The notes under the pieces are model-generated. The model saw only the letters and a program-made list of their open reading frames with translations, was not told the DNA's origin and ran no database searches. A program made the translations under genes and the position numbers. Positions 8,803 through 18,262 of a stretch of DNA of 64,000 nucleotides are shown in pieces. Numbering within the stretch: position 1 is the first letter of the stretch; the number at the start of each line of letters is the position of its first letter. This stretch comes from an uncultured delta proteobacterium (GTDB lineage Bacteria; Myxococcota_A; Polyangia; Palsa-1104): the NCBI GenBank assembly GCA_963785725.1, contig CAWAWS010000014.1, forward strand, positions 32,001-96,000, read 5' to 3'.

Positions 8803-10587
8803 ATGAAGCGACTCGCGCTCTTCGTCATCCTCGTCGGCGCCGTGCCAGCGGCCGCCGCGCCGACGCCTACGGCGACGGGAACTTCGCCGGCGGCGGCATT
8901 CTTACGGCTGTATAACTCGATTTATACCGGCCTTTATCGGACGGCGAGCGAGGCGTCGTGGATCGCGTCGACCGACGTGGGTGACGCGCATGAAGCGGCG
9001 CGCACGGCGGCGAATACGGCGGCGGCGGTGTTCGGCGGCGATCGCGCCGTCATCGACGCGGCGCGCGCCTTCCTCGCCAATCGCGCGGCGTTGCCGCCGA
9101 TGGAAGCGCGCGAGCTCGACAAGATCCTGCTCGGCGCCGCCGAAGGGCCGGGCACGATTCCGACGGTGACGGCGGCGCGCGTCGCGGCCGAGTCGCGCCA
9201 GGCGTCGGTCATGGACGGGTATACCTTCCATCTCGACGGCAAACCGGCGAGCGCCAACGATATCGACAATGTGCTGCAGCACTCCAAAGATTTGCAGAAG
9301 CGGCGCGAAGCCTGGGAAGCGTCGAAAGAGATTGGGAAGCCGCTGAAACCGGGTCTGGTGCAGCTGCAAAAGCTGCGTAATCAGGTCGCGCGCGAAATGA
9401 AACATACCGGTTATTTCGCGCTCCAAGTGGCCGACTACGATATGACCGACGCCGAGATGATGAAGCTGCTCGACGGCTTCGTCGCCGATACGCGGCCGCT
9501 CTATCGCAAGCTGCACGCCTGGGTTCGCGCGTCGTTGGCCGAGCGCTATCATCAGCCGATTCCCAAATTGATTCCGGCACATTGGATCAACAATCGGTGG
9601 TCGCAAGAGTGGGACGGGATGGTCGACGGCGCGGTCGATTTGGATCCGCTCTTCAAAGACAAGAAGCCGGAGTGGATCGTGCAGACGGCGGAGCGGTTTT
9701 ATACGTCGATGGGATTCCCGGCGCTGTCGAAATCGTTTTGGGAGAAATCGGATCTATATGCATTACCGGCGGACTCCAAGCGCCACAAGAACGCGCATGC
9801 GTCGGCCTGGCATATCGATCTCGATCAGGACGTGCGCTCGTTGATGAGCGTGACGGCGGATTCGCAGTGGTTCTTCACGGCCCATCATGAATTGGGTCAT
9901 ATCTATTATTTCTTGTCCTATTCACGGCCGGAAGTTCCGCCGATTCTGCGGCAGGGATTGTGTCGCGCGATGCACGAGGCGGTCGGCGATCTGGCGTCGA
10001 TCGCGGCCAAGCAGCCGACGTATCTGCAAGCCGTGGGCGTGCTGCCGAAGGGGCAAAAGCTCGATCAGCAGAAGCAGCTGCTCGACGAGGCGCTGACGTC
10101 GGCGATCCCGTTCGTCGCCTGGTCGGCGGGGACGATCGCGCACTTCGAGCACGATCTATACGAGAAGGATTTACCGCCGAGTGAATGGCAGAAGCGTTGG
10201 TGGAAATATGTGGCCGAGTTCCAAGGCGTGGCGCCGCCGTCGGAGCGGCCGGCCGATGGCTGCGACGCGTGCACGAAGACGCATATCAACGATAACCCGG
10301 CGGCCTATTACCAATATGCGATCGCGGCGGTCATCAAATATCAATTACACGATCATATTTGCCGCGTGATTCTGCATACCGATCCGCATTCGTGCAGCTA
10401 TTACGGACATAAAGAGGTCGGCGATTTCTTGCGCTCGATATTGCAGCTGGGCGCGACGCGGCCGTGGCGCGAGGTCATCGCGGAAGCGACGGGCGAGCCG
10501 CTGTCGACGCGCGCGCTGATGGAGTATTTCAAGCCGCTCGATGGCTGGCTCGACGAGCAGCTGAAGGGTAAGCCGATCGGCTGGTAA
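8803..10587 (+). CDS. Secreted M2 metallopeptidase (ACE-like peptidyl-dipeptidase A)
   Basis: Signal peptide; IPAHW, HASAW, HHELGH and HEAVGD zinc motifs. Confidence 0.93.
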   Translation: MKRLALFVILVGAVPAAAAPTPTATGTSPAAAFLRLYNSIYTGLYRTASEASWIASTDVGDAHEAARTAANTAAAVFGGDRAVIDAARAFLANRAALPPMEARELDKILLGAAEGPGTIPTVTAARVAAESRQASVMDGYTFHLDGKPASANDIDNVLQHSKDLQKRREAWEASKEIGKPLKPGLVQLQKLRNQVAREMKHTGYFALQVADYDMTDAEMMKLLDGFVADTRPLYRKLHAWVRASLAERYHQPIPKLIPAHWINNRWSQEWDGMVDGAVDLDPLFKDKKPEWIVQTAERFYTSMGFPALSKSFWEKSDLYALPADSKRHKNAHASAWHIDLDQDVRSLMSVTADSQWFFTAHHELGHIYYFLSYSRPEVPPILRQGLCRAMHEAVGDLASIAAKQPTYLQAVGVLPKGQKLDQQKQLLDEALTSAIPFVAWSAGTIAHFEHDLYEKDLPPSEWQKRWWKYVAEFQGVAPPSERPADGCDACTKTHINDNPAAYYQYAIAAVIKYQLHDHICRVILHTDPHSCSYYGHKEVGDFLRSILQLGATRPWREVIAEATGEPLSTRALMEYFKPLDGWLDEQLKGKPIGW

Positions 10588-10588
10588 G

Positions 10589-10608
10589 AAGTAAACGCCC
10601 GTTTACTT
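10589..10608. repeat. AT-rich palindrome, copy 1
   Basis: AAGTAAAC-GCCC-GTTTACTT, immediately after the M2 peptidase stop. Confidence 0.75.
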
Positions 10609-10668
10609 GCTCGTCGTTCGCGTGTTGATTCGATTCGAAATGAGCTGAGCTGCGTGGGTTTCCTGGCG

Positions 10669-11151
10669 TTAGGCGTGATGCGGGCGAGACGGCGGGGCGC
10701 GCATGCCGGCGACCCGCCGCGACGGCGCGGCCGCGGGCGCGTCGTGACCGTCGGCGCCGAGCCAGCCGCCGACGAGCAGGAGCGCGACGCTGCCGAGCAC
10801 GAGCGCGAACGGCACCGCCGCGAAAGTCGTCGCGCCGGCGTGCAGACGAACGACGGCGCTGGCCGTGGCGACGACGACGGCGGCGGTCAATAACGCGAAG
10901 CTCACGCCGGAGGCTCGCCAAGCGCTCGATCGTCGAGGCAGCGCCAGCCAATCGATGAACGCCGGCAACGCCACGAGCGCGCCGGCGATGGCGCCGGCGA
11001 ACGCGAGCAGGAATGCGACCTCGCTCCAGATGATATCGCCGGTAATCAGGCGTACTAAATCGAATATGGGCGTAAGTACTAGCAAGAATGTAGGAAAAGA
11101 GATGGACATCGGGTGAAGCGGTTGTCCGATTGGCGGCGATTGGTGACGCAT
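10669..11151 (-). CDS. DUF2231-like membrane protein
   Basis: GQPLHPMSISFP, four hydrophobic helices, GGWLG. Confidence 0.7.
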   Translation of the reverse strand: MRHQSPPIGQPLHPMSISFPTFLLVLTPIFDLVRLITGDIIWSEVAFLLAFAGAIAGALVALPAFIDWLALPRRSSAWRASGVSFALLTAAVVVATASAVVRLHAGATTFAAVPFALVLGSVALLLVGGWLGADGHDAPAAAPSRRVAGMRAPPSRPHHA

Positions 11152-11314
11152 GCAACGTATACACAGCAAGCGACGGGCCAGGCGGGGATGCTCAAGCGTC
11201 ACCGAGCGTAACAGCCGGCAAATGCTGCGCGCCGCTCGCGTGAGAGTGTAGGTCAACGTCCCGCCGATGTAAGTACGGCGTAACCTCGCGAGCCCGCGGC
11301 TTGACGGCACCGAC

Positions 11315-11809
11315 GTGGCGCGGTACTCACGGCGCATGTTGCTCCAACGCGTCACCGATAAATTGCGGACCGGCCTCAACGAGGTGCTGACCTCGTCTTA
11401 TGGCGATCAATTCAAGCCTGTGAAGCTTTTGCGCGAAGTGCTGGCGACGGCGAATGACCTGAGCGGTCGGCCGATCTGCGCGCAGTCGGAATTGGAGGAG
11501 CGCCGGCACACGGCGATCGTCGAGACGGCCGTCAAGCGGGAGCCGGCGCCGGTCATGCTCTATTTCGACGGCAAAGATCACCGCACCAAGAACAAGATGG
11601 AAGAGCTGCTGAATGCGAAGGATATTCCCTTCAAGCTGCTCGACTTGACGGACGACGAAGCCACGCGCTCGTGGGCGACGACGCAGGCCAAGCAGCTCGA
11701 GTTTCCGCTGTTGTTCATCGCCGGCGAGCCGGTCGGCGGTCTGCACGAATTGACCGCGCTCGACGTCAACGGCGAGCTGATTCCGCGCGTATTCGGCACC
11801 GCTCGTTAA
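11315..11809 (+). CDS. Glutaredoxin-fold protein without a CxxC motif
   Basis: FPLLFIAGEPVGGLHEL..LD..GEL resembles the glutaredoxin C-terminus. Confidence 0.65.
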   Translation: MARYSRRMLLQRVTDKLRTGLNEVLTSSYGDQFKPVKLLREVLATANDLSGRPICAQSELEERRHTAIVETAVKREPAPVMLYFDGKDHRTKNKMEELLNAKDIPFKLLDLTDDEATRSWATTQAKQLEFPLLFIAGEPVGGLHELTALDVNGELIPRVFGTAR

Positions 11810-11839
11810 TTCGTTTTCCACGCGCGAGGCGTGTCGCCA

Positions 11840-12676
11840 ATGGCGCATTTGCAGCTCGTTCGCAAGGACGACGTCTCCAGCTTTCGCAAGATCGCCATCG
11901 GCACTTGGCGTACGGCGTACGATCCGTCGGTCTATGGAACGATCGAGCTGCGAATGGAATCGGCCATTCGCTATATCCACGAATTCCGCGAGAAGACCGG
12001 CAAGAAGCTGACCGTTTCGCATTTGTTGGCGAAAGCGGCGGCGATGGTCTTGCTCGAATGTCCCGACGCCAACGCGCTGCTGCGCTGGAATCGCGTTTAT
12101 CTGCGCCAGCGAATCGGCATTTTCTTTCAAGTCGTATTGACCGATGAAGGCGCCGGTAAGGCCGATTTGTCGGGCGCGACGCTCTATGACGTCGAAAAGA
12201 AGTCGCTGAGCGAGATTTACGACGAGTTCAACGACAAAGTGGCGGCGGTTCGGGCGCGTAAAGATCCGGCGCTGGAGAGGTCGCGGCAGACGTTCTTGGG
12301 TATTCCTTATCTCGCTTTGAACTTCGTCCTGCGGCTGATCTCGTTTCTCTCGTATACGCTCAACCTCGATCTATCCCGCTTCGGCTTACCGCGCGATCCG
12401 TTCGGCAGCATGATGATTACGAATATCGGGACGCTGGGATTGGATACGGCGTTCGTCCCATTGGTTCCTTATTCGCGCGTGCCGATCTTGTTGGCGGTGG
12501 GCGCGGTCAAGGACGAGCCGATCGTCGATCATCACGGGCAATTGGCGGTGGGAAAGCTGATGCGCGTGAACGCGACGTTCGATCACCGATTCATCGATGG
12601 CTTTCATGCGTCGGTCATGGCGCGTGTATTGCGAGAGTGGATCGAAAACCCCTACGAGCACTTCGATAAAATATGA
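11840..12676 (+). CDS. Stand-alone 2-oxoacid dehydrogenase E2-type acyltransferase catalytic domain
   Basis: ITNIGTLG and TFDHRFIDG catalytic motif; no lipoyl or E3-binding domain. Confidence 0.85.
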   Translation: MAHLQLVRKDDVSSFRKIAIGTWRTAYDPSVYGTIELRMESAIRYIHEFREKTGKKLTVSHLLAKAAAMVLLECPDANALLRWNRVYLRQRIGIFFQVVLTDEGAGKADLSGATLYDVEKKSLSEIYDEFNDKVAAVRARKDPALERSRQTFLGIPYLALNFVLRLISFLSYTLNLDLSRFGLPRDPFGSMMITNIGTLGLDTAFVPLVPYSRVPILLAVGAVKDEPIVDHHGQLAVGKLMRVNATFDHRFIDGFHASVMARVLREWIENPYEHFDKI

Positions 12677-14064
12677 AACTCATTTCAATGACCGCGAAAC
12701 GAATCGGATTGGGGTTCATGGCCGTGGCGCTCATGGGCGCGGGCGGCGATGACGGCATGTCGGCGCGGCTGCTCGGCAAGGCGATGAGCGAAGGGCGCGC
12801 GCTCGGCATCGCGCAGTCGCTGTCCGACGGCGTCGGCGCGCGGCCGGCCGGCTCGCCGGGCGCGGCGCGCGCGGTGCAGTGGGCGGTGCAGGAGATGAAG
12901 GCGCTGGGGTTCAAGAACGTGCATACCGAGGCGGTGAAGGTGCCGCATTGGGTGCGCGGCGAGGCGTCGGCGGAGCTGATTTCGCCGGCCAGTCAGCCGT
13001 TGGCGCTGACGGCGCTCGGGCCCAGCGTGGCGACGGAGGGTGACGGCATTACGGCGGACGTCATCGAAGTGCGCAGCTTCGACGAGCTGAAGCAGCTGGG
13101 CGACGCGGCGAAGGGCAAGATCGTGCTCTTTCAGCACGACATGAAGCGCAGCCACGGCTTCGAGGAATATGGGCACGCGGTCGGGCTGCGCGCGCTCGGC
13201 GCGTCGGCGGCGGCGAAGGCGGGCGCGCTGGCGGCGTTGGTGCGGTCGGCGGGTACGGGGAATTATCGGCTGCCGCACGCAGGCGCGCTGCGCTACGACC
13301 CGGCGGTGCCGAAGATTCCGACGGCGGCGTTGAGCGTCGAGGATGCCGAGATGATCCATCGGCTGCTGGCGACGGGGCAGAAGGTGCGGATGAAGCTGAA
13401 GCTGACGTCGCATATGGAAGGCGAGGTCGATTCGGCGAATGTCGTGGGCGAAATTCCCGGGCGCGAGAAGCCGCAAGAGATCGTGCTGCTGGGCGCGCAT
13501 TTGGATTCGTGGGACTTGGCGACGGGCGCGATCGACGACGCGGCCGGCTGCGCGATCGTGATGGACGCGGCGCGCTTGGCGGGCGCGGTCGGGCGCGCGC
13601 CGAAGCGGACGTTGCGCGTCGTGCTCTTCATGAACGAGGAGATGGGGCTGTCGGGCGCCAAGGCGTATGCCGAGAAGCACGCGGGCGAGCTCGGCAAGCA
13701 CGTCGCGGCGATCGAGATCGACTCCGGTGAAGGGCGGGCGACGGGGTTTGGCGCGATCGGCGGCGCGGCGGCGGTGACGCTGTTGAAGCGGCTGACGGCG
13801 CCGCTGGCGACGATCGGCGTGACGCAGGTCGTGCCGTCGGAGGAGGCGGGCGCGGATTTGACGCCGCTGGCGGGGAAGGTGCCGCTGTTCTCGCTGGAGC
13901 AGGATATGGAGTCGTATTTCGATTGGCATCATACGGCGGCGGATACGTTCGATAAGATCGACCCGCTCGATATCGCGGTGGATACGGCGGCGGTGGCGGT
14001 GGTCGTGTATGGGCTGGCGGACGGGAACGAGGTGTTGCCAATGAGCACGCCGTCCAAGCGGTAA
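12673..14064 (+). CDS. Secreted M28 peptidase (carboxypeptidase Q-like)
   Basis: GAHLDSWD, GAIDDAAG, NEEMGL, HHTAADT. Confidence 0.92.
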   Translation: MKLISMTAKRIGLGFMAVALMGAGGDDGMSARLLGKAMSEGRALGIAQSLSDGVGARPAGSPGAARAVQWAVQEMKALGFKNVHTEAVKVPHWVRGEASAELISPASQPLALTALGPSVATEGDGITADVIEVRSFDELKQLGDAAKGKIVLFQHDMKRSHGFEEYGHAVGLRALGASAAAKAGALAALVRSAGTGNYRLPHAGALRYDPAVPKIPTAALSVEDAEMIHRLLATGQKVRMKLKLTSHMEGEVDSANVVGEIPGREKPQEIVLLGAHLDSWDLATGAIDDAAGCAIVMDAARLAGAVGRAPKRTLRVVLFMNEEMGLSGAKAYAEKHAGELGKHVAAIEIDSGEGRATGFGAIGGAAAVTLLKRLTAPLATIGVTQVVPSEEAGADLTPLAGKVPLFSLEQDMESYFDWHHTAADTFDKIDPLDIAVDTAAVAVVVYGLADGNEVLPMSTPSKR

Positions 14065-14090
14065 CGCGGCGGCGGTCGCCGGCGCGGCGG

Positions 14091-14112
14091 TAAGTAAACA
14101 GCCGTTTACTTA
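14091..14112. repeat. AT-rich palindrome, copy 2
   Basis: TAAGTAAAC-AGCC-GTTTACTTA, shortly after the M28 peptidase stop. Confidence 0.75.
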
Positions 14113-14160
14113 GCTGCGGCCGGCGCTCCGGAGCTTCCGTCGGGCCGGACATCGGTTGAT

Positions 14161-14247
14161 CGCGCAACGGCGTGATTGGTTTATCGCGGGCTCGGTCTCG
14201 AAGCGCCGACGTTCGCCCCCAATTGCAGCGCAAGAAACGAGCACGGC
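14161..14247 (-). repeat. Interspersed repeat, copy A
   Basis: 14194-14247 is the reverse complement of 14932-14985 (52/54 identical); also aligns with 30025-30072. Confidence 0.9.
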
Positions 14248-14802
14248 TTAGAAGCGCGCGTGCGTGAGGGCGGCGAGGAGCGCAGCTCCGAACATGAGGC
14301 CGGCGGCGAATGCCGTGACGATGGCGCGCAGCGCGGGGGCGGCGGTCGTCGGGAGCGTGAAGTCGACGGTGTGGATGCGGGCGGCGTCGGCGTCGACGAG
14401 CAGGACGCCGTCGACGGCGAACGCGCAGCGATATTCGAGCATCTGGCGGCGCGTCGCGGGCGCGGCGATGTCGGGCGCGACTTGGCCGGTCTTGACCTCG
14501 GCGACGTAGCGGCGGCGGCGGCGCGTGACCACGAAGTCGGCGCGCAGCTGCACCGGCTGCTCGTCGCCGCCGACGCGGACGGTCCAGGTCGTGACCGCCT
14601 GGCGCGCGTCGATGCGATAGCCGGCGCGCGCCAACAGCTTCTCGGCGCGGACTTCGCCGGCCGCCGCGTGCGCCGCCTGCGAGCGCAGCCGCCAACGCAG
14701 CGCCGCCCCGCGCCACCACAGCCGCGCCGTCTGCAGCGCGGCCAGACCCACGCCCGCCGTCGCCAGCACGATCCACGACTCGCGCGGCAGCGTCGGCAAC
14801 AT
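14248..14802 (-). CDS. Membrane-anchored PD-(D/E)XK nuclease-fold protein
   Basis: GEVRAE...RADFVV...AEVKTG...RRQMLEY; hydrophobic helices at both ends. Confidence 0.7.
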   Translation of the reverse strand: MLPTLPRESWIVLATAGVGLAALQTARLWWRGAALRWRLRSQAAHAAAGEVRAEKLLARAGYRIDARQAVTTWTVRVGGDEQPVQLRADFVVTRRRRRYVAEVKTGQVAPDIAAPATRRQMLEYRCAFAVDGVLLVDADAARIHTVDFTLPTTAAPALRAIVTAFAAGLMFGAALLAALTHARF

Positions 14803-14931
14803 CAGCGCGGCGCCGCCCCCGTCGTCAGAACGCGCAACGTCGCCGTCGTCCGCCCGTCTTCGTCATCCGCCGGAGCTCCGTCGCGATCGAGCCGCAGCCG
14901 CGCCATCCGCGAATCTTACCTGACGCTGACT

Positions 14932-14998
14932 GCCGTGCTCGTTTCTTGCGCCGCGATTGGGGGCGAACGTCGGCGCTTCGAGACCAAGCGCCCGTCGC
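14932..14998 (+). repeat. Interspersed repeat, copy B
   Basis: GCCGTGCTCGTTTCTTGCGCCGCGATTGGGGGCGAACGTCGGCGCTTCGAGACC. Confidence 0.9.
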
Positions 14999-15001
14999 GC
15001 C

Positions 15002-16786
15002 CTACGCAACCGCCTTCGGCGCAATCAGCGGCGGCGAAAACTCCAGCGCGACCGTCTCGCCCGCCGCCCGCATCTCCACCGTCTGAATCTCCGGCCACGA
15101 ATCCTGACACGCCGCCTCCGACATCGGCTGCGACACCAGCCGCTCCAGATTGCGCGACAAATGCCGCGCCCCCAGCCGCGCGTTGTACCCTGTGTCCACC
15201 AACAGCTCCAACACCGCCTCGCCGTAAGCGATCCGCTTGCCGCGTCGATCCCAGCGCTCCTCTTCTTCCTTCATCATCTTGCGCGCGATCGCCAACAGAT
15301 CCTCGCGCAGGAAGTTGCGAAACGGCACCAGATCATCGATGCGATTGACGAACTCCGACGGCAGCGTCTTCAACAAATAGTCGAGCACGCGCTTGGCGCT
15401 CGGCTCTCCCGGCGACAGCGCCTTGGCGAACCCGAGCTGCGAGTTCTCGTCCGCCCACAGCTCGCGCCCCAGGTTCGACGTCATCGCGATCACGCACTGC
15501 GAGAAGTCGACGCGCTTGCCTTTGCCGTCGGTGAGCACGCCTTCGTCGAACAGCTGCAGGAACAGCCGAAGACAATTGGGATGCGCCTTCTCCACTTCGT
15601 CGAACAGGATCACGCAGTGGCCGAGCTTCGCCACCGCGCCCGTCAGGTGGCCCTCCTCGCCGTAGCCGAGATAGCCGGGCGGCGAGCCGATCATCTTCGA
15701 ATACTCGTGCTGCTCCATGTATTCGCTCATGTCGAGGCGCACCAAGCGGTTCAGATCGCCGTACAAGACCTGCGCGAGCCCTTTGGCCAGCTCGGTCTTG
15801 CCGACGCCCGATGGTCCCAAAAACAGGAACACGCCGTCGGGACGCTGCGGCTTGCGATCGAGCTGCAGCTTCGTCACGCGCATGCGCCGCGCCACCGCCG
15901 ACACCGCCTCCGGCTGCCCGAGCACGCGCTCCGACAGCGCCGACTCGAGCCCGCGCAGCCGCGGCCGATCCCACAACAGCGCCGCCTCGACGTGCGTGCG
16001 CGCCGCTTCGCGCACCTCGACCGGATCGACGTTGGTCTGCCCGTGCACGAGCGCGTGCGCGCAGGCGTCGTCGAGCAGCCGCACCGACGAGCCCGGCGGG
16101 CGATAGGGGATCGTATGATGCCCGGCCGCCGTCACCGCCTCGTCGACGGCAACATCATCGATGACGACGTGATGATGCGCTTCGAGCGACCGCGCCGCGT
16201 CTTGCACGACCTGCCGCAGATACGTGCCCGCCAGCTCCTCGACGTACAACAGCGAGGTGCGCCGCGAATAGAGCGAGTCGCCGGCCAGCTTGGTCTCGTA
16301 TTCCTTCGGAATCGTCGTCAACACCGCGCGCAGCGTCCCTTGCGCCAACAGCGGCCGCAGACACGCCGTCATATCGTTCACCAGCGGCGTCGCGCCCGGC
16401 TGTCCCGACAAGAGGTGCAGATCGTCGACGACCAGGATCGTCTTCGGCAGCCGTGACACTTGCACCAGCGTGTCCGTCAGCGCCGCCGTGCCGATTTTGC
16501 CCAGCACCACCGACGTCAAAATCTGCCCCAAATCGAGCTGCGCGAACGTGTACTCGGCCAGCGCCGGAATCTTTCCGTCGAGCGCCGCCCGCGCCAAGCC
16601 GCGCACGAGCCCGGTTTTCCCGCAGCCCGACTCCGCCAGCACGAGCACGACCGGGTCGTTTCGCCGCAGTAAAATGCGGGTCATTCGTTCCATCGGTATT
16701 TCGCGCCCGTAAACTGGCGAGGGTGCGTTGGCCAGGAGCGCGGCGTCCCAAGGAATGAGGTACGGAATCGCCGAGACAGCACTCAT
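15002..16786 (-). CDS. ClpA/ClpB-family double AAA+ ATPase lacking N-terminal and middle domains
   Basis: AESGCGKT / VVDDLH (NBD1); GPSGVGKT, GSPPGYLG, FDEVEKAHP, EFVNRID and GARHL (NBD2). Confidence 0.9.
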   Translation of the reverse strand: MSAVSAIPYLIPWDAALLANAPSPVYGREIPMERMTRILLRRNDPVVLVLAESGCGKTGLVRGLARAALDGKIPALAEYTFAQLDLGQILTSVVLGKIGTAALTDTLVQVSRLPKTILVVDDLHLLSGQPGATPLVNDMTACLRPLLAQGTLRAVLTTIPKEYETKLAGDSLYSRRTSLLYVEELAGTYLRQVVQDAARSLEAHHHVVIDDVAVDEAVTAAGHHTIPYRPPGSSVRLLDDACAHALVHGQTNVDPVEVREAARTHVEAALLWDRPRLRGLESALSERVLGQPEAVSAVARRMRVTKLQLDRKPQRPDGVFLFLGPSGVGKTELAKGLAQVLYGDLNRLVRLDMSEYMEQHEYSKMIGSPPGYLGYGEEGHLTGAVAKLGHCVILFDEVEKAHPNCLRLFLQLFDEGVLTDGKGKRVDFSQCVIAMTSNLGRELWADENSQLGFAKALSPGEPSAKRVLDYLLKTLPSEFVNRIDDLVPFRNFLREDLLAIARKMMKEEEERWDRRGKRIAYGEAVLELLVDTGYNARLGARHLSRNLERLVSQPMSEAACQDSWPEIQTVEMRAAGETVALEFSPPLIAPKAVA

Positions 16787-16806
16787 TGTCTCTCGATTGT
16801 ACTATA

Positions 16807-17691
16807 GTGAAGGCAGTGCGTTGGACCGCGTTGGTCTCGATCGTGGTGTGGCTCTGCCCCGCAATCGCCGCCGCTGCCGGAGTCGTCCTCGGCAACGATC
16901 ACGAGCCCGACGCCAAGGAAACGATCGAAGCCGCGCGCCAATCGGCGCCCGATTTCTCCTACGCCGACCTGGAATCGCCCGACGCGCCCGAGCAGCTGCG
17001 CCACGCCGACGTCATCCTCGCCGTCGGCGCGCGTGCGTTGACGATGGCGCGCACCGTCGCGCCCGAGCGTCCGATCGTCTACGCGATGGTGCCCGCGGCC
17101 GACGTGACGCCGGCCAAGACGGTGACGGGCGTGGCGATGGAAGTGGCGCCGTTCGTCCTCTTCGCGCAGTGGAAGCAGATTCGTTTCGACGGTCTGCGCA
17201 TCGGCGTCGTCTACGATCCGAAGGTGTCCGGCGCCGCGCTCGCCGACGCCAACAAAGCCGCCGCCGCGCTCGGCCTGACGCTGGTGACGCGGCCAGTGTC
17301 CGACCCGAGCCAAGTCCTGAAGGCGCTCGCCGAGCTGGCGCCGCAGATCGACGTCCTGTGGCTCGTGCCCGATCGCAAGCTCTTCGACGACGCCAGCGCC
17401 AAGAGCGTCGTCGCCTTCGCGCTCGAGAAGAAGCTGGCGCTGCTCGGCTTCGCCGACACGATCACGGCGGCGGGCGCGCTGGTGTCGCTGTCGCCCGACG
17501 GCAAAGACAGCGGCCGGCGCGCGGCGCGCATGGCCGTCGGCATCGCCAGCCGGCCCGCCGATCAGCGGCTGCCGCTGCCGCCGTTGGCGACGAGCCCGGG
17601 TGCGCTCACGATCAACGCCAAGACGGCGCAGCTCATCGGCCTCGAGATCCCGGAAGCGCTGCTGCACAAAGCGCGCAAAGTCTACCGTTAG
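16807..17691 (+). CDS. ABC-type substrate-binding protein
   Basis: Signal peptide; IGVVYDP, DVLWLVPD and TINAKTAQLIGLEIP typical of ABC_sub_bind proteins. Confidence 0.8.
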   Translation: MKAVRWTALVSIVVWLCPAIAAAAGVVLGNDHEPDAKETIEAARQSAPDFSYADLESPDAPEQLRHADVILAVGARALTMARTVAPERPIVYAMVPAADVTPAKTVTGVAMEVAPFVLFAQWKQIRFDGLRIGVVYDPKVSGAALADANKAAAALGLTLVTRPVSDPSQVLKALAELAPQIDVLWLVPDRKLFDDASAKSVVAFALEKKLALLGFADTITAAGALVSLSPDGKDSGRRAARMAVGIASRPADQRLPLPPLATSPGALTINAKTAQLIGLEIPEALLHKARKVYR

Positions 17692-17794
17692 CTGTCCCAG
17701 CCGTTCGCTCGCTTGCCGATCGGCCGAGCGTTTGCTCGTCTGCTTGACGTCTCCTCTCGTCGACGTATTTCCAGTGGCACGAGGAGGCGACACT

Positions 17795-18262
17795 ATGGTT
17801 CTCAGCCATGACAAAGTCATCGAGGAGCTCAACGAGCTCATCCGCTTCGACTACGACGCCATCGGGGCCTACGACACGGCCATCGCCGGCATTCACGAGT
17901 CGTCGGCGCGCGAGCCGTTGATCCTGTTTCGCGCCGATCACGAGCGCCATATCGTCGAGCTGTCGGCGATCGTCCGCCGCCTCGGCGCCGAGCCGGTCGA
18001 CAAGCCCGACTTCAAAGGCCTGGCGCGCAAGACGATGACCAAAGTGGCCGAATTGGGCGGCACCGAGCTCATCTTGAAGGCGATGCACTCCAACGAGCGC
18101 GTCCTCGTCAGGGCCTACCTGCACCATCAGTCGCTCGATTTCCCGGCCGATATCGCGCAGCTCGTGCACGACAACTTCTTGGACGAAGAGCGCCACCTCG
18201 CGTGGCTCGAGTCGGCACTGCAGTCGCGCATTTGGGAGACCGGCGCCTGGCCGATGCCTTAG
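17795..18262 (+). CDS. Ferritin-like domain protein (DUF2383-like)
   Basis: LNELIRFDYDAIGAY, DHERHI, DEERH; GAGGAGG RBS upstream. Confidence 0.85.
   Translation: MVLSHDKVIEELNELIRFDYDAIGAYDTAIAGIHESSAREPLILFRADHERHIVELSAIVRRLGAEPVDKPDFKGLARKTMTKVAELGGTELILKAMHSNERVLVRAYLHHQSLDFPADIAQLVHDNFLDEERHLAWLESALQSRIWETGAWPMP

Noticed and set aside
8803..10587. ACE-like peptidase as a recent eukaryotic gene transfer
   Set aside because: Bacterial M2 peptidases are already known, and nothing in the sequence points to a eukaryotic origin
14161..14998. Autonomous insertion sequence
   Set aside because: The enclosed ORF has TM helices and no DDE or HUH transposase motifs; no target duplication; the repeat also occurs alone at 30 kb
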